Below are positions 33,892 to 48,463 of a DNA stretch of 64,000 bases, one piece after another. Both the position numbers and the translations under genes were made by a program. The DNA comes from Heptranchias perlo. Lineage: Eukaryota. How positions within the stretch are numbered: position 1 is the stretch's first letter; each line of letters begins with the position of its first letter. Where the stretch lies: NCBI RefSeq assembly GCF_035084215.1, contig NC_090338.1, positions 15,748,001-15,812,000 on the forward strand, in the 5' to 3' direction. The notes below the pieces were generated by a model that ran no database searches, was not told the origin of the DNA, and saw only the letters and a program-made list of their open reading frames with translations.

Positions 33892-34880
33892 TGTAAGGGG
33901 TTTTGTTTCAGGGGCTTATTGTAGGTCAGCCAGTTATGTTTTCCTGAGCTGCCCTGCCCGCTGTGTGGTTTTGAATCGCTTTCCCCTTCCTGATTCTGAG
34001 CTCAGGACTTATCGAGCGGTAATAAGGACAGACGAACAGACCAGTGGATTGGTGCAAGGAAAACCAATGTTTATTAATAAGAAAACTAAAACTACAAAGT
34101 AAACAATATTATACAGAAGATAAAAGGAATCGCTATGGATGCAATACAGTCTTACACTTAACGGGGTGGAAGAAACGGACACATCGAGGGAAAATTCTAA
34201 AATCACAATTTTAGCAGTACCCCTTTAACTCCCACCCTTACACCTAGCTAGGTTGTCTTGTAATGGCCAGAAAAAAAATAATGCTCACCGATGAAACAGA
34301 TGAAAAAGGCCTGGCCCCTGTGTCCTGCTGTTGCCCTCGACATGTGGTTGCGATGTTTACTGGACGGCCTTCCTTCTTGGTTGCTAGCAGGCAAGCAGGA
34401 CGCCGGGCCAAGGCGAAGAGAAAAATGAGCGAGAGGTTCTGGGAGGCCACAGTTATACCCTCCAGGTAACAGGTTATTTTCGCGCCTCATTAGTTTGCTC
34501 CATTGTCCGATTTGGGTGTGAAAACGTAAGACAAAAGGGGTCCCGATCTTGGCCCATTTATATTAATGGCCGGTACCTGTACTGATCTGTTCCATAACTG
34601 CTTTCCATTGTTCCGAATGTTCCTTAATGGGCTACCTTAGTCCTGGGATTATTCCTGCTCGAATTTTGATTGTGTAGGCCGGCAACGTTAATGGCTTGCC
34701 TCAGGGCGTGAATGCAACTGCATTGTTCAAAGAAACCTGTCTGAAACACGAAGCCTGCCAAGCTGTCCAAGAATCCAATTTCAAATGCTGCAGGCCCTTG
34801 GCCATGTGTCTGACCGCAGCCATTTTGAAAGACCCTGGATTTTTTAAAAACACAGTCACACCAGGGTTTCTTTAATAACT
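33892..34880 (-). mobile_element. Possible solo LTR
   Basis: Begins TGTAAGGG; reverse-strand AATAAA (~34072) and TATA-like box (~34455), as in 6282-7301. Right end and TSD unresolved. Confidence 0.35.
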
Positions 34881-34989
34881 CCAATAAATCTTCGGGGTGT
34901 GGGGGGGGGGGGGGAACATGTGAAATTTTGCGAATCCCTTCATCGCCTTGTGAGCAAATATCCCTAACACTCCAGGGTCATGCTGGACC

Positions 34990-37900
34990 ACTGCAAACTT
35001 TCCTCCTCCACCATGTACCACCTCTTCAGACCTTTCAGCGGCAAGGTTCGCTCATTCGGACGGATGGCCTCCATCTTAACTTTCTGGGTGCACAGATGTT
35101 GGCTGAGAATTTTGAGGTTGCCTTTGGAGAGCATTTAAACTATTTGAGCCAAGATTAGATAAACCAGCCAGTAGTGGGGTAGGTAGCAATAATAGACTAC
35201 CTCGATTTTCTAAAGGTAAGGCACAGAAAGTGAATGGTACCCAGAGTCAGATCACTGACAAACCATTGAAATGCTTCTATGCTAATGCAAGAAGTCTTAG
35301 AAATAAACTGCTGGAACTACAATCTTACGCAACATTAGAAAACCCAGATGTTATTGGTGTTACTGAAATATGGCTAGATTTCAATGATGGTGCTGAATGC
35401 CGTATCGCAGGGTATCACTGTTTTAGGAAAGATAGAATAGGTCAGAAGGGAAGTGGTGTAACCTTATTTGTCAGAAATAAGTTGCCTCCCGTGGCAAGAG
35501 ATATTAGCACATCAGCAGGAGCTGAAGCTGTTTGGTTTCAATTAGTCCAAGCCAATGGCCCCAGGTTTATGATTGGCACCTGTTATAGACCTCCAGGACA
35601 GGCATCCCTGGCTGATGAGAAACTTAATTCACAAATTTCTGAGGCTTCTTGCCTGGACCCAATTTGCATTATGGGAGATTTCCACTTTATTTTTATTAAA
35701 TGATCTGATGGTGGAACCATCTAGTGTAGTGGGGAGAGCAGCTGAGACTTTTGTAGACACCATAACTGATTGTTTCCTTACACAGCATGTTGGTGAGGCA
35801 ACTAGGGATAAACAAATTCTCAATCAGGTGTTTAGCAGCGACCCTGGTGCTGTATCAAACCTCTGTGTGGGGAACACCTGGCCAGCTCTGATCATAACAT
35901 CATTAGGTTTAATCTTATTGGCCAATCCAAGGCTGCAGACAATCTAATGCTGGTCCCTAATTTAAAGAGGTCTAACTTTACAAAAATGGCTGAAGAACTG
36001 GCAAAAGTTGACTGGGCAACTCTCCTAGATAGGCAATCAAGTACTGAGGACAAATGGGTTCTATTTAAAACCATTCTCAAACAGAATAAAGCCATAGATG
36101 TCCCAATGGTTAAAAGAAGGGCAAATGGTAAAACAAAATCATTTTGGTTGACGAGGAATGTAGAGAGGCAAATTCGATCGAAACAAACGGCGTTCTATAG
36201 ACTTACTGCATTTAATTCGCAGGAGAACAGGGAAAAATATTGCATGCAATTAAGGAAGACAAAAATAGCCATAAGATTAGCCAAGCGATCTCTGGAAAAG
36301 AAGAAGGTGTGGTAATTGTGGCAGTAACAGGAAAAGCTTTTTTAGTATTGTCAGTAGTCAGAAGACCAGAAAGGACCACATCAGGCCACTAAAGGATACT
36401 GGAGGGCAGATTCAAACTGATTCTTGGGTTATGGGAGAGTTGCTAAATGACTATTTAGAATTAGTCTATACTCCTGTAGACGATGTTTATGTTCCAGATA
36501 AGGGGTGCTTTGTATTGAATAGCATTATTAATATTAAAATAGATAGTAATGTCCTCTTGGATAGGTCAGGAAAGCTCAAAGTTGATAGGGCTCCAGGTCT
36601 GGATAATATTCATCCAAGGAGATTAAAGAGATGGGGCAGGTACTCTGTAAGTCCCTTGCCCGGATCATTAATAGTTCAATAGAGTCCGGGATAGTTCCCT
36701 TAGACTGAAAGCTAGCTCATGTAGTTCCTATTTTTAAGAAAGGGGGCAAATCAGAGTCAGTGAACTACAGACCTATCAGCGAAGATGCTAGAAGGGATCA
36801 TAAGAGATGCCCTTTATGATCACTGGGAAAGGAAAGGGGCTATTAGAAATTCTCAACATGACTTTTGAAAAAATAGGTCGTGCCTAACAAGTCGCTTGGG
36901 TAGTGGATGAGGGTGATCCGGTAGATATTGTCCACCTGGACTTTCCAAAAGCAGATGATAAGGTACTTCACGCTTTGTTAATTCACAAGATAGAATCTTG
37001 TGATACAAGTAGAAATTTGAAGAGCTGGATTTGGAATTGGCTCCAATCCTGCAGCCAAAAGGTTGTAGTTAACATAAATGGTTCAGCTTGGAGACATGTT
37101 ACGAGTGGTGTCCCCCAGGGATCGGTCCTAGGCCTGCTATTCTTCATGGTCTTTATTAATGACCTGGACGGTGGTGTTGGGAGTTTGGTAAGTACGTTTG
37201 CAGATGACACCAAAATTTGTGCAAGGGTTAAGATGGTAGAGGAATGCAATCAAATCCAAAAAGGTTTAGATGTGCTGAGGGAATGGGCCACACATTGGCA
37301 AATGTTGTTTGATTTAGATAAATGTAGTGTCATGCATGTTGGTAGGATCAACACTGAATACATGTATCATTTGCAGGGAACAAACAATACTGAAAGAGAT
37401 TGAGTGACAAAAAGATCTTGGTGTTATTGTACATAGGTCACTAAAGATTCATGACCAATGTAGAGAAACTGTAGCTAAAGCTAATAAGGAATTGGATTGT
37501 ATTAATAGACCCATTCATTATAAATCAAGGGACACCATTTTGACACTATACAGGTCACTGGTCAGACTGTGCCGAACTTTGGTCCCCCCACATGGTGGGT
37601 GATTTAGTGACCTTGGAAAAAATCGAGAGGAGATCTACAAGAATGATTCCAAGGTTAAAGAACCTCAGCTACTCAGATAGGCTCAGGGACTTTGGTGTAT
37701 TTACTTTAGAGCAGCGTGGACTTAGAGATGACCTGATAAAGGTTTATAAAATAATTAAAGGACAGGCTATCATCCCTATTGATAGATTATTCCAGTTTAA
37801 CTGGTTGGGGAGGACCAGGGGAGATGAGTTTAAACTATGGAAGAGCAGGAATAGACTGAATGTTAGGTGGTTCTTCTTTTCCCAGAGAATTGTGAGCCTC

Positions 37901-38300
37901 TGGAATATATTGCGAGCTGGTGTTGTGGTGAGTGCTGACTCTCTGTGCCTTCAAGAGGCAGCTGGACTGGTTCCTGACTGGGGCAGAGAATGTACCATTT
38001 AGGTTAGTGTTTTTATAGATAACACTTGGTCCATGTGATCTTCTGGACTGGTTTCGATTGCTTGAGGGGGTAGAAGAAGAATTTTACAGAGTATTTTTTC
38101 TCATATTGACCCTGGGTTTTTTCTGTTTTTTGCCTCTCCCAGGAGATTACATGGCTGTGGGGGTGGATGTGAGGGAGGGAGGCCAGGGGAGGGAAGAAGT
38201 ATTTAGCCATGGTGGTCCGGCCACCATGGTCTGGGGCAGGCTTGATCGGCCAGCTGTTCTTTTCCTGCCCGTCAATTTTATATGTTCGTATGTTTGTATG
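34990..38300 (+). mobile_element. Divergent CR1-clade LINE (ORF1 esterase end plus broken ORF2)
   Basis: DGLHLNFLGAQML then TTTAAAC (35134-35140); FYANARS, GVTEIWL, MGDF, GVPQGSVLG, FADD. Clearly more distant from the other CR1s here. Confidence 0.88.
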
Positions 38301-38542
38301 TTCTGCCCCAGAGCCTCCATTGTGATCTTTGATAACAAATGCAAAGAGTTCATGGACGTTTTTGTCCAAAATCAAGGCAGCCTCTGCCTCCTCTGCTCCC
38401 TTCTCTCCCCCATCTTACACACTGTTAGTGATCCTAGAATTAGATCAGGAAGACATTTGCTGATCTCCCAAGGGTAGCTAAGATAAGTGTGCTCACACTT
38501 TGTCTCCTTTTACAATCTTACCTTCCAATTCATGCTATCAGT

Positions 38543-39090
38543 ATGTTGTGGGAAAATCACCACTCGGAGTCAGACTTAAAGATTCAACATGCAGTTTATT
38601 GGACAAAGTACTTTGGGAGAAGAACTGGACGCTCCGCAGCGTGCGCAACTACCTTCTCAACTTCAAAATGGTTGTCATGCTTTTTTAAACCTTTGAAATA
38701 CAGATTTTCAGTAGCTATTACAAATTTAGTCTTTATTAGTGTATGCATTAGCCAATTAAGCCCGCACAGCAACCGTGGACCTCCAATCATATTAAAACAA
38801 CTGTTATCACCTTGAGACAGTATGGTCTTTGTCTATTCAGTCTGGTTCTGTAGTTTTTATCAGCTCGTTGTGAAATGTCTTTTGTATTCCCAGACTGTAA
38901 GTCAGTTTTCGGAATATACAAACTCAGCACTTTAACTGTCTTTCTCACAGTCACAGAATCCATTTTGTTTAGTAGAGTCCATTTTGTTAGTAGTCAAGTG
39001 TTATATTTAAGCTTTTAATTAGGGTTAGTCTGGTCTGCACAAAGCGCATTTCAGTGTGGTCTTGGGGCAGTGACCGCTGCCATGCACACA
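38543..39090 (-). mobile_element. Possible solo LTR
   Basis: TGTTG start and reverse-strand AATAAA about 50 bp in; right end uncertain, no TSD. Confidence 0.3.
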
Positions 39091-39629
39091 ATAGTCACTT
39101 CATCTTTGCCTTTAACCCAACAGCCCAAATTTTACGCTAACACAGCACTTCACTGCAAGCTTGATGGAGCATCAAGGTGGGAAAATGCCCAGCTCCCTGA
39201 CAACTGTTCACCCACTTTCCAAATGTACAAAAACACTGTACAATCGAGCATGCTGCCAACACAAGATATCTGCATATTGCATGTTCACACACTCACATAA
39301 AGTGGTTGCTAGGTTTGGCACTAGGGTGGCATTGTCTCTGCTTTTCCCAATTCCAGCATATGTCTCTTTTGTATCTGCTTACTGAAGACTGCACATGTGA
39401 ACAGATTTTTATCTAAAGGGGACCTCCCAACCAGAGTTCACTGACTCTGAGTAAATTCAGCAATTCCGTACTCCCAGTGTAATTTATTTTGACAGTGAAA
39501 TGGGAAAAAGCTGTTTCCTTTGGTTTTCCATCCCAAATCAATTCGTCCAAATTTCCTTCACTTTTTTTTACCCTTCCCATGATCTGCTCTGGGATCTGTC
39601 CACAGATGAGCTAATTTACATATATTATA

Positions 39630-41740
39630 TATATGGGACAGCTAATGTTATTCCTAGATTTAAAAAGGTAGATAGAACAAGTCCAGGGAAATATCGACCT
39701 GTTAGCTCAATGTTGGTGGTAGGAACGATAATGGTGTCATCTTTACTCAAAGATGTAATAGAAAAACATCTAGAAACTGAAAAAATAATAAAGTATTGTT
39801 AACATGGATTTCAAAAGGAAGGGTCATGCTTGACCAACCTTATTGAATTCTTTGAAGAAGGAGCAGAAAGAGTAGACAAGGGTAATGTAGTAGATGTAAT
39901 ATACTTGGATTTTCAAAAGGCCTTCGATAAGGTACCACAGAGTAGTCTCATGTCTAAGGTCACAGCATGTGGATCAGGGGACAAGTAGCAAAATGGATAG
40001 CAAGCTGGCTGCTAAACAGAAAACAAAGAGCAGTGGTTAAAGACATTGGGGAAAAATTTCGATAGGGGCCATTTTTGGACGCGAGCAGCGCGATGCGCTC
40101 GTACCCCGCGCCCAATGGCCCCTGCGCAGGCAGGACGCAAGATTGGACTCACCAGAGCACTTACTTGCAATGAGTGTTCCTTTCCAGGCCTTGCACATGG
40201 AATCAATGCAATCCGCACTTTCCACCACCAGAGGGAACTCAATCTCGTAAAGAGAGACTGTTTCTTAGAATACTCTTAAAGGTAGCTGGTACCTGTTATT
40301 TGCTGAAAATAACAGTCTTCTGTCTGCACAGAGTCTGAACGGAGATCAGACATCACACACGTAGATCACAGATGCAGGTCCCGTCCCTATGTTTACAAAC
40401 TGTTGAGTTATGTTAAAACATTGAATATAGGTTGTGTACCACTAAATCCCACATCCTCCAATCTGACGGTTCGAGTTGGTACCAGACCTGCAAGAGTGTG
40501 TGCACCACGGTTCACTGATGATGCACTAGAGGCCTTGGTGCAAGAGGTGGCCAGAAGGAGGGGCACCCTATATCTGCCCGGGGGAGGGGGCAAGTGGCCC
40601 TCCAGTTATATGCTCAAAAGGCAGTCGGAGGCAGCAGGGGGTGAAGTCCATGCCAGCTGCATAGCACCATGAACATGAATGCAGTGCAGGAAGAAGTTCA
40701 ATGCTTTGACACGAATGATCAAGGTGAGTGAAGTCAACTCTCAAGTGCCATCTCCTACCAATGCCCCACTAGCCACATCCATTGCTCCACGCACTACACT
40801 CCCATCACCCACATACCATCAAACTCTTTCAATCAGTGCTCGAATCTTCCAATCAGATGCTTCCTCTTACCGTCACATATTATCACTGTTGCAAGCCGCG
40901 GATCCACAATACAGAGGTCATGCACTCTGGCAGCTATTCAACCATGATAGGTACATCACCCAGGCACACCTCCCACTTTCTTGTAGGAGAAGGTGGCGCT
41001 TATCAGGAGGCAGCAAGTGGTAGTGGCATTCAGCCCCTCGAGCCTGTTCTGCCATTCACCTGTGACCTAACTCCATATACCAGCCTTAGCCAATATCCCT
41101 TAATACCCTTGGTTCACAGAAATCTATCAATCTCGGCTTTAAAATTCACAATTGAGCTAGCATCAACTGCCATATGCAGAACAGCTCTCCAAACTTCTCC
41201 CACAAAAACATTCACAAATGCATCAGCAGCCAGAGGCAATAATCCAGCCACTAACCTGTAAATCCTGCATGGTCCCTTTAAATAGTGCTAGTGGGGGGTC
41301 CTCCAGGCACTCTAAGACACGTTCAGATGGTCGGGTTAAGACTTTGCATTGAGTTGTGCGTTAAGTCCCAAAATGGTGTCTTTCGCTTTAAATCAGCATT
41401 GCACACTGATTGAAGCCATTTTCTCCCTACTTTACATGATTCCAGCGTTTCTTATCTGCGCCTGCGCAAACTCCTGCACGTCACGCAGGAAACGTGCGTG
41501 CACATCCAAGTCACCATCTTGGATGTCGAAACAATGGGCGCTACACGGCCCAATTTAGCGCCCATTTACTCAGACTGGCGGACTGTGGGAAGTGGTGTTC
41601 TACAGGGATCAGTGCTGTTCACCGTTTACAGAAATGATTTGGACTCTGGAATCGGAAGTACAATTTTAAAATTTGAGGATCACACTAACTTGTATAGGAC
41701 CTTGGTTAGACCACACTTGGAGGACAGTACACAGTTCTAG
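39630..41740 (+). mobile_element. CR1 RT fragment interrupted by Harbinger family B
   Basis: YRPVS, HGF, YLDFQKAFDKV left of the insertion; YSDWRTVGSGVLQGSV right of it. Confidence 0.8.
40048..41563 (+). mobile_element. Non-autonomous Harbinger family B copy 1 (Myb/SANT remnant plus captured CR1 3' end)
   Basis: GGG...CCC ends with imperfect TIRs; TSD ATT; APRFTDDALEALVQEV...QCRKKFN followed by donor AAG|GTGAGT; colinear with 62870-64000. Confidence 0.8.
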
Positions 41741-44700
41741 AATCATAGAAACTTATGGCTTAGAAGGGGGCCATTTGGCCCATCATGTCCGTACCAGCCG
41801 AGAAAGAGCTATCCAGCTTAATCCCACTTTCCAGCACTTGGTCCGTAGCCCTGTAAGTTACGGCACTTCAAGTGCACATCCAAGTACTTTTCAAATGAGT
41901 TGAGTATTTCTGCCTCTACCACCCTTTCAGGCAGTGAGTTCCAGACCCCCACCACCTTCTGGGTGAAAGATTTTCTCCTCAGCTCCCCTCGAATCTTTCT
42001 ACTTAATAACCTTAAACCTATGCCCCCTGGTCACTGAGCCCTCTGCTAAGGGAAATAGGTCCTTCCTATTCATTCTACCCAGGTCCCTCATAATTTTGTA
42101 GACTTCAATTAAATCACCCCTCAGCCTCCTCTGTTCCAATGAAAACAACCCCAGCCGATCCCATCTTTCCTCACAGCTAAAATTCTCCATTCCTGGCAAC
42201 ATCCTCACAAGTCTCCTCTGCACCCTCTCTAGTGCAATCACATCTTTCCAATAATGTGATGACCAGAACTGTACGCAGCACTCGAGCTGTGGCCTAACTA
42301 GTGTTTATACAGTTCTAGCATAACCTCCCTACTCTAATATTCTATGCCACGGTTAATAAAGGTATCCCATATACCTGCTTAACCACCTTCTCTACCTGTC
42401 CTGCTAACTTCAGGGATCTATGGACATGCACTCCAAGATCCCTCTGTTCCTCTACACCTCCCAGTGTCTTCCCGTTTATTGTGTATTCTGTTTCTTTGTT
42501 TGCCCTCCCCAAATGCATTACCTCACACTTAAGAACGTAAGAACATAAGAAATAGGAGCAGGAGTAGGTCATCCAGCCCCTCGAGCCTGCTCCGCCATTC
42601 AACAAGATCATGGCTGATCTTCTACCTCTGCCATTTTCCTGCACCAACCCCATATCCCTTGATGCCTTTAATATCCAGAAATCTATTGATCTCTGTTTTG
42701 AATGTACTCAATGACTGAGCCTCCACAGCCCTCTGGGGTAGAGAATTCCAAAGATTCACCACCCTCTGTGTGAAGAAATTTCTCCTCATCTCAGTCCTAA
42801 ACGGCCTACCCTTTATTCTGAGACTGTGACCCCCGGTTCTAGGTTCCCCAGCCAGGGGAAACATCCTCCTTGCATCTACCCTGTCGATCCCTGTAAGAAT
42901 TTTGTATGTTTCAATGAGATCACCTCTCATTCTCCTAAACTCTAGAGAATACAGGCCTAGTCTACTCAATCTCTCCTCATACGACAATCCCACCATCCCA
43001 GGAATCAGTCTGGTGAACCTTCGTTGCATTCCCTCTATGGCAAGTATATTCTTTCTTAGGTAAGGAGACCAAAATTGTACACAATACTCCAGGTGCGGCC
43101 TCACCAAGGCCCTATATAATTGTAGTAAGACATCTTTACTTCTGTACTCAAATCCTCTTGTAATAAATATACCATTTGCATTCCTAATTGCTTGCTGCAC
43201 CTGCATGTTAGCTTTCAGTGACTCATGTACAAGGACACCCAGATCCCTTTGAAAATCAACATTTCCCAATCTCTCACCATTTAAAAAATACTCTGCATTT
43301 CTGTTTTCCTACAAATGTGGATAACTTCACATTTTTTCACATTATATTCCATCTGCCCTGTTCTTGCCCACTCACTTAGCCTGTCTATATCCCCTTGAAG
43401 CCTCTTTGCATCCTCCTCACAACACATTCCCACCCAGTTTTGTGTCATCAGCAAACTTGGAAATATTACATTTGGTTCCCTCATCCAAATCATTGATATA
43501 GATTGTGAATAGCTGGGGCCCAAGTACCGGTCCCTGCAGTACCCCACGAGTCACAGTCTGCCAACCTGAAAAAGACCTGTTTATTCCTACTCACTGTTTA
43601 CTGTCCATTAACCAATTCTCAATCCATGCCAGTATATTACCCCCAATTCCATGTGCTCTAACTTTGTTCACCAGTGTGGGACCTTATCGAAAACCTTCTG
43701 AAAATCCAAATACACCACATCCACTGGTTCTCCCTTATCTATTCTACTCATTACATCCTCAAAGAATTCCAATAGGTTTGTCAAACATGATTTCCTTTTC
43801 ATAAATCCGTGGTGACTCTGCCAAATCTTCTTATTATTTTCTAAGTGTCTTGTTATCACATCCTTTGTAATATATTCTAGCATTTTCCCGATTACAGATG
43901 TCAGGCTAACCGGTCTGTAGTTTCCTGTTTTCTCTCTCCCTCCTTTCTTAAATAGTGGGGTTACATTTGCTACCCTCCAATCTGCAGGAACCGTTCCAGA
44001 ATCTATAGAATTTTTGAAGATGACAACCAATGCATCCACGATTTCTATAACGACCTCTTTCAAAACCCTGGGATGTCGATCATCAGGTTCTTGGGATTTA
44101 TCAACTTTCAGTCCCATTAATTTCTCTAGTACTATTTTTTCACGAATACTAATTTCCTTCAGTTACTCATTCTTGCCAGACCCTTGGTTCTCTAGTATTT
44201 CTGGGAGGTTTTTTGTGTCTTCTTCCGTGAAGACAGACACAAAGGGCCCGATTTTAGCAGGGGTGCGGGTTCTCGGCGGGTGGGCAAGCGGGCGCGTGGG
44301 TAACGCGCCCGGTGAAATTAGTGGGTTTCCCGCGCGATCGTAGCAGGCAACGCACTAATTGGAGCCACTTACCTGCTCCTCCAGGTTCCCCGCTGCTGGT
44401 CTGCGCGTTGGGCGGGCTGCGCATGCGCAGTAAGATCAGTCTGCTGGAGGCGGTCTATTTAAAGGGGCAGTCCTCCACTGACAGATGCTGCAACAAACAG
44501 CAAAGATGACCGCATGGAGCAGCCCAGGGGGAAGGCTGCTCCCAGTTTAATGATGCCTCACCCCAGGTATCAATACATGGGGTGAGGAGGAGGGGGAGGA
44601 CAGAGATCTTCCACCCGGTGGGCGTGAGGAAGCGGCCTGCCTCTGCCACCAGGAAGGCCTGGCTCGAGGTGGCAGAGGAGGTCACCAGCGCCACCAACAT

Positions 44701-47700
44701 ATCGCCCACCTGCACACAGTGCAGGAGGCGGTCCAATGAGCTCAGTAGGTCAGCCACAGTGAGTACACGTAGTCTTTCCCCTACACTCCGTCTGCCACAT
44801 CACTGCCCCCACCCCACATCTCCTTCGGCACTGCCAACACTACTCTGTCACATCACCCATCAGACCCACTCAAACCCCATCCTCATCTTACCTGCACCTA
44901 CTCACCTCGCCAGTACTCACCCCGCCACTACCACGCAACCCAATCCTCATACAATCTCATGGCTCTATCCAATACTCACCCTCTCGTGCATCTCTCTCAC
45001 GGCCAGCCTCACTCAACCTGCCACCACCTGTGCTGCAGCCACAGGGCATGCATCACATATGTGCAGTAGGCAGCGTAAGGCAAACGTGTCGTGAGCATGA
45101 AGGGGATGCACAAGGGTGTTTGAGGGTTTGTCATGGTTGTTACTTCTATTGAATTTCAGAACAACTCACATCACACATTATATTGGCACCACTACTGCCA
45201 TGTCTTCGCGAATCCTGTCCAGTTTGTGCAATAATGCCCGCTCCTGGGTATCACTATGAGGACCCACCACTGATGCCACCCATTGTATCACTGCAGAGTG
45301 GGTGTAGGTGTATTTGCAGGGCTTTTCTGCGCAGACGACTGAGAGACATCGGCGATGTCCCCGGTTGCACCCTGGAAGGCTGTGGAGGAGAAGTTCGGGA
45401 GGGCAGTGGTGACTTTGACAGTGACAGGTAGGAAGATGGTGCTCAGGCCAGCCAGGAGCAGCTCGGCATGAAAGAGGCTGCAGATGTCCACGGCTACATG
45501 TCGAGTGACTCTGAGCCTCCATGTGTACTACTGCTTAGAGAGGTCCAGGAGGCTGAGCCTCGGTCTGTGGAACCAGCGACGCATCTCTCTCTGCGGTAGC
45601 CCTCCCTCCTGCTGTGCAGGTGGATGTGTCACAGCACTCTGTTGTGGAGCTCCACGTGTCAGAGGTGGACGGCATGGATGGCGAGGCTGATGAGGCTGGT
45701 GATGCTGTTCGCCCTCCGAGGAGGTCATGACTGCAGCTACGGCGGCCCCCATCCGCAAGATGTACATCTGAGGGGGTCCGCAAGGTAGGTACATGTCTCC
45801 GGACCCCGGGGTAAGTGTGCAGGTTGGTGACTTTGACCGTCAGGAGGAGGGTGGTGCAGGCCAAACTTTGTCCCAAGTGACAGAGTGGCCTCCTGCAATG
45901 GGTGAGGGTCTCCCCCCACCCCCCCTGTCAAATGGACCTTTGCAGCTGCCACAGGCTGACAGCTGCAACACGTCCATTCGATCTGGGAGTGTTTCCCCCA
46001 GTGTGTGAAACAGTCCCATGTTTATCCAAAATCACACACAGTCCCTTAATCAGGTCAGTTAATGACCTGAAATAGCTACATAAATACTCTCAAGTGGCAT
46101 CCCGCTGGCTTTAATTGCCTGCAGGATTCGCACCAGTGGGGGCTGCGCGCGCACGCCAGCGCGTCAGCGGGGAACCTGGAAGTGGGTGTGATCGAGGCGC
46201 GATCCGGTCGGGATCCTGGATTTTACGATTTTCGAGGCCCCCCCGCCGAGAACGCACCTGATAGCGGGTGCTAAAATCGGGCCCAAAGTATTTGTTTAAT
46301 TTCTCTGCCATTTCCTTATTCCCCACTATAAATTCTCCCGTCTGTGTCTGTAAGGGACCCACATTTGCCTTTGCCAGTCTTTTCCTTTTTACATACCTAT
46401 AGAGGCTTTTACAGTCCATTTTTATGTTTCTCGCTACTTTACTCTCAGATTCTATTTTCCCTTTCTTTATCAATTTCTTGATCCTCCTTTGCTGAATTCT
46501 AAAATGCTCCCAATCCTCAGGCTTACTGCTTTTTCTGGCAAATTTATATGCCTCTTTCTTTGATTTAATATTCTCTTTAATTTCTTTTATTACCATGGTT
46601 GAACCAATTTTCCTGTTGGGTTTATGTGCCTTAAAGTTAAATATATTTATTGCAAATTATGTATTAATTCTTTAAATGCTAGCCATTGCCTGTCCACCGC
46701 CATACCTTTTAATGTAGTTCCCCAATCATCTATCGGCAACTTGCACCTTATACTTTCGTAATTTCCTTTGTTTAGATTTAAGACCCTAGTTTCAGATTGA
46801 ACTACATCACTTTCAAACTTAATGAAGAATTCTATCATATTATGGTCACTCTTCCCTAAGGGCTCCTTTACAACAAGATTATTAATTAACCCTTTCTCAG
46901 TGCTCAATACTAGATCTAAAATAGCCTGTTCTCCAGATTGAATTCCATTTGCCACTTTTCTGCCCACCTGACCAGTCCATTGATATCTTCCTGCAGTCCA
47001 CAGCTTTCCTCCTCACTATCAACCACATGGCCAATTTTTGTATCATCTGCAAACTTCTTAATCATTCCCCTTGCATTTCGGTCTAAATCATTAATATATA
47101 CCAAAAATGCAAGGGACCTAGTACTGAACCCTGTGGGACCCCACTGAAAACAGCCTTCCAGTCACAAAAACACCCGTTAACCATTACCCTTTGCTGCCTG
47201 CCACTGAGCCAATTTTGGATTCAATTTGTCACTTTCCCTTGGATCCCATGGGCTTTTACTTTTCTGACCAGTCTGCCATGTGGGACCTTGTCAAAAGCCT
47301 TGCTAAAATCTATGTAGATTACATCAAATACGCTATCCTCATCGTCCCCCCCCCTTGTAACCTCCTCAAAATGAGGAGGAGCTCAAAAATCTCCATATTA
47401 CAAAATAGATATGGAGGCACTTGAGAAGATATGAAAAAGATTTACAAGGATGATACCAGAACAGAGAGGTTATAACTATCAGGAAAGATTGAACAGGCTC
47501 TTTTCTCTGGAAAAGTGAAGGCTAAGAGCTCACCTTTTACAGATCTTTAAAATTATAAAGGACTTTGATAGGGGGGTCGACGTAGAGAGGATGTTTCCAA
47601 TTATGGGGAAGTTCAAAACTAGGGGCCATAGTATAAGATATAGTCACTCATTAATGCAATAAAGAATTCAGGAGAAACTTCTTAACCCAGAGAGTTGCTG

Positions 47701-47915
47701 GAACGTGAAACTTGCTACCAATTGGAGTAGTTGAGGCGAATAGCACAGATGCCTTTAAGGGAAAACTAAATAAGTATATAAGGGAGCAAGGAATAGAAGG
47801 ATATGCGTGTAGGGTTAGATGCAGTAACAGGCAAAGAGGCTCTTGTGGAGCATAAACACTGGCATAGACCAGATGGGCTGAATGGCCTGTTTCTGTGCTG
47901 TAAATTCTATGTAAT
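41738..47915 (-). mobile_element. Stack of CR1 fragments (41738-42530 -, 42531-46935 -, 46936-47370 -, 47388-47915 +)
   Basis: Successive CR1 ORF2 translations with separate tails; 42531-46935 covers most of ORF2 and hosts Harbinger A2. Confidence 0.85.
44244..46284 (+). mobile_element. Non-autonomous Harbinger family A copy 2
   Basis: Perfect TIRs GGGCCCGATTTTAGCA / TGCTAAAATCGGGCCC; TSD AAA; splits the host CR1 codons LNKYF-VSVF. Confidence 0.95.
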
Positions 47916-48463
47916 ATATGAAATAATGAGGGCCACTGACTCTGCAGGCTCGAGTTTCCTGCTTTTGCACTCACAATGCACCAGCCCTAAATTAGAATGA
48001 GACAGATCAGAAACAGTTGTTTCCAGGATCAGCTGGGACAGGCAGAAAAGAAGAGTTTTTCAGAGCGTTAAGAGTGGAGAGTCTCAATTGCAATTTTTGA
48101 AGCTGGGAATTACATTTTGCTGTGATTTTTTTGGGTATTCTGCCACGACATTCTGATTGATTTTGGATAAGGAACCCAATGGAAACGGCTTCTGTACAAA
48201 TTTGCTGTCAAAAAAAAAAATTCTTACCCTGGCTCTGCATTTTTACCAAGAACGTATCTGAGACATACAGACCAGGAAATTTCCAGACTCGATCCCAGGC
48301 TGTGCTGGGTTATCTCGGGGTAAGTTTTCTGAGGCTCTGCACCACTGGTAGAGCCTCACACACAGGATATAAAGGAGGGGTTACTTCTGGCAAAAAGAAA
48401 AATAAGTGACAAGAATATTCTATTGAGATGATAAGTATAAAGATCAAACCATGTGTCACTTAC

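Noticed and set aside
33892-34242. Perfect TGTAAGGG...CCCTTACA pair as a 351-bp LTR
   Set aside because: Flanks form no TSD and LTR-like sequence continues past 34242.
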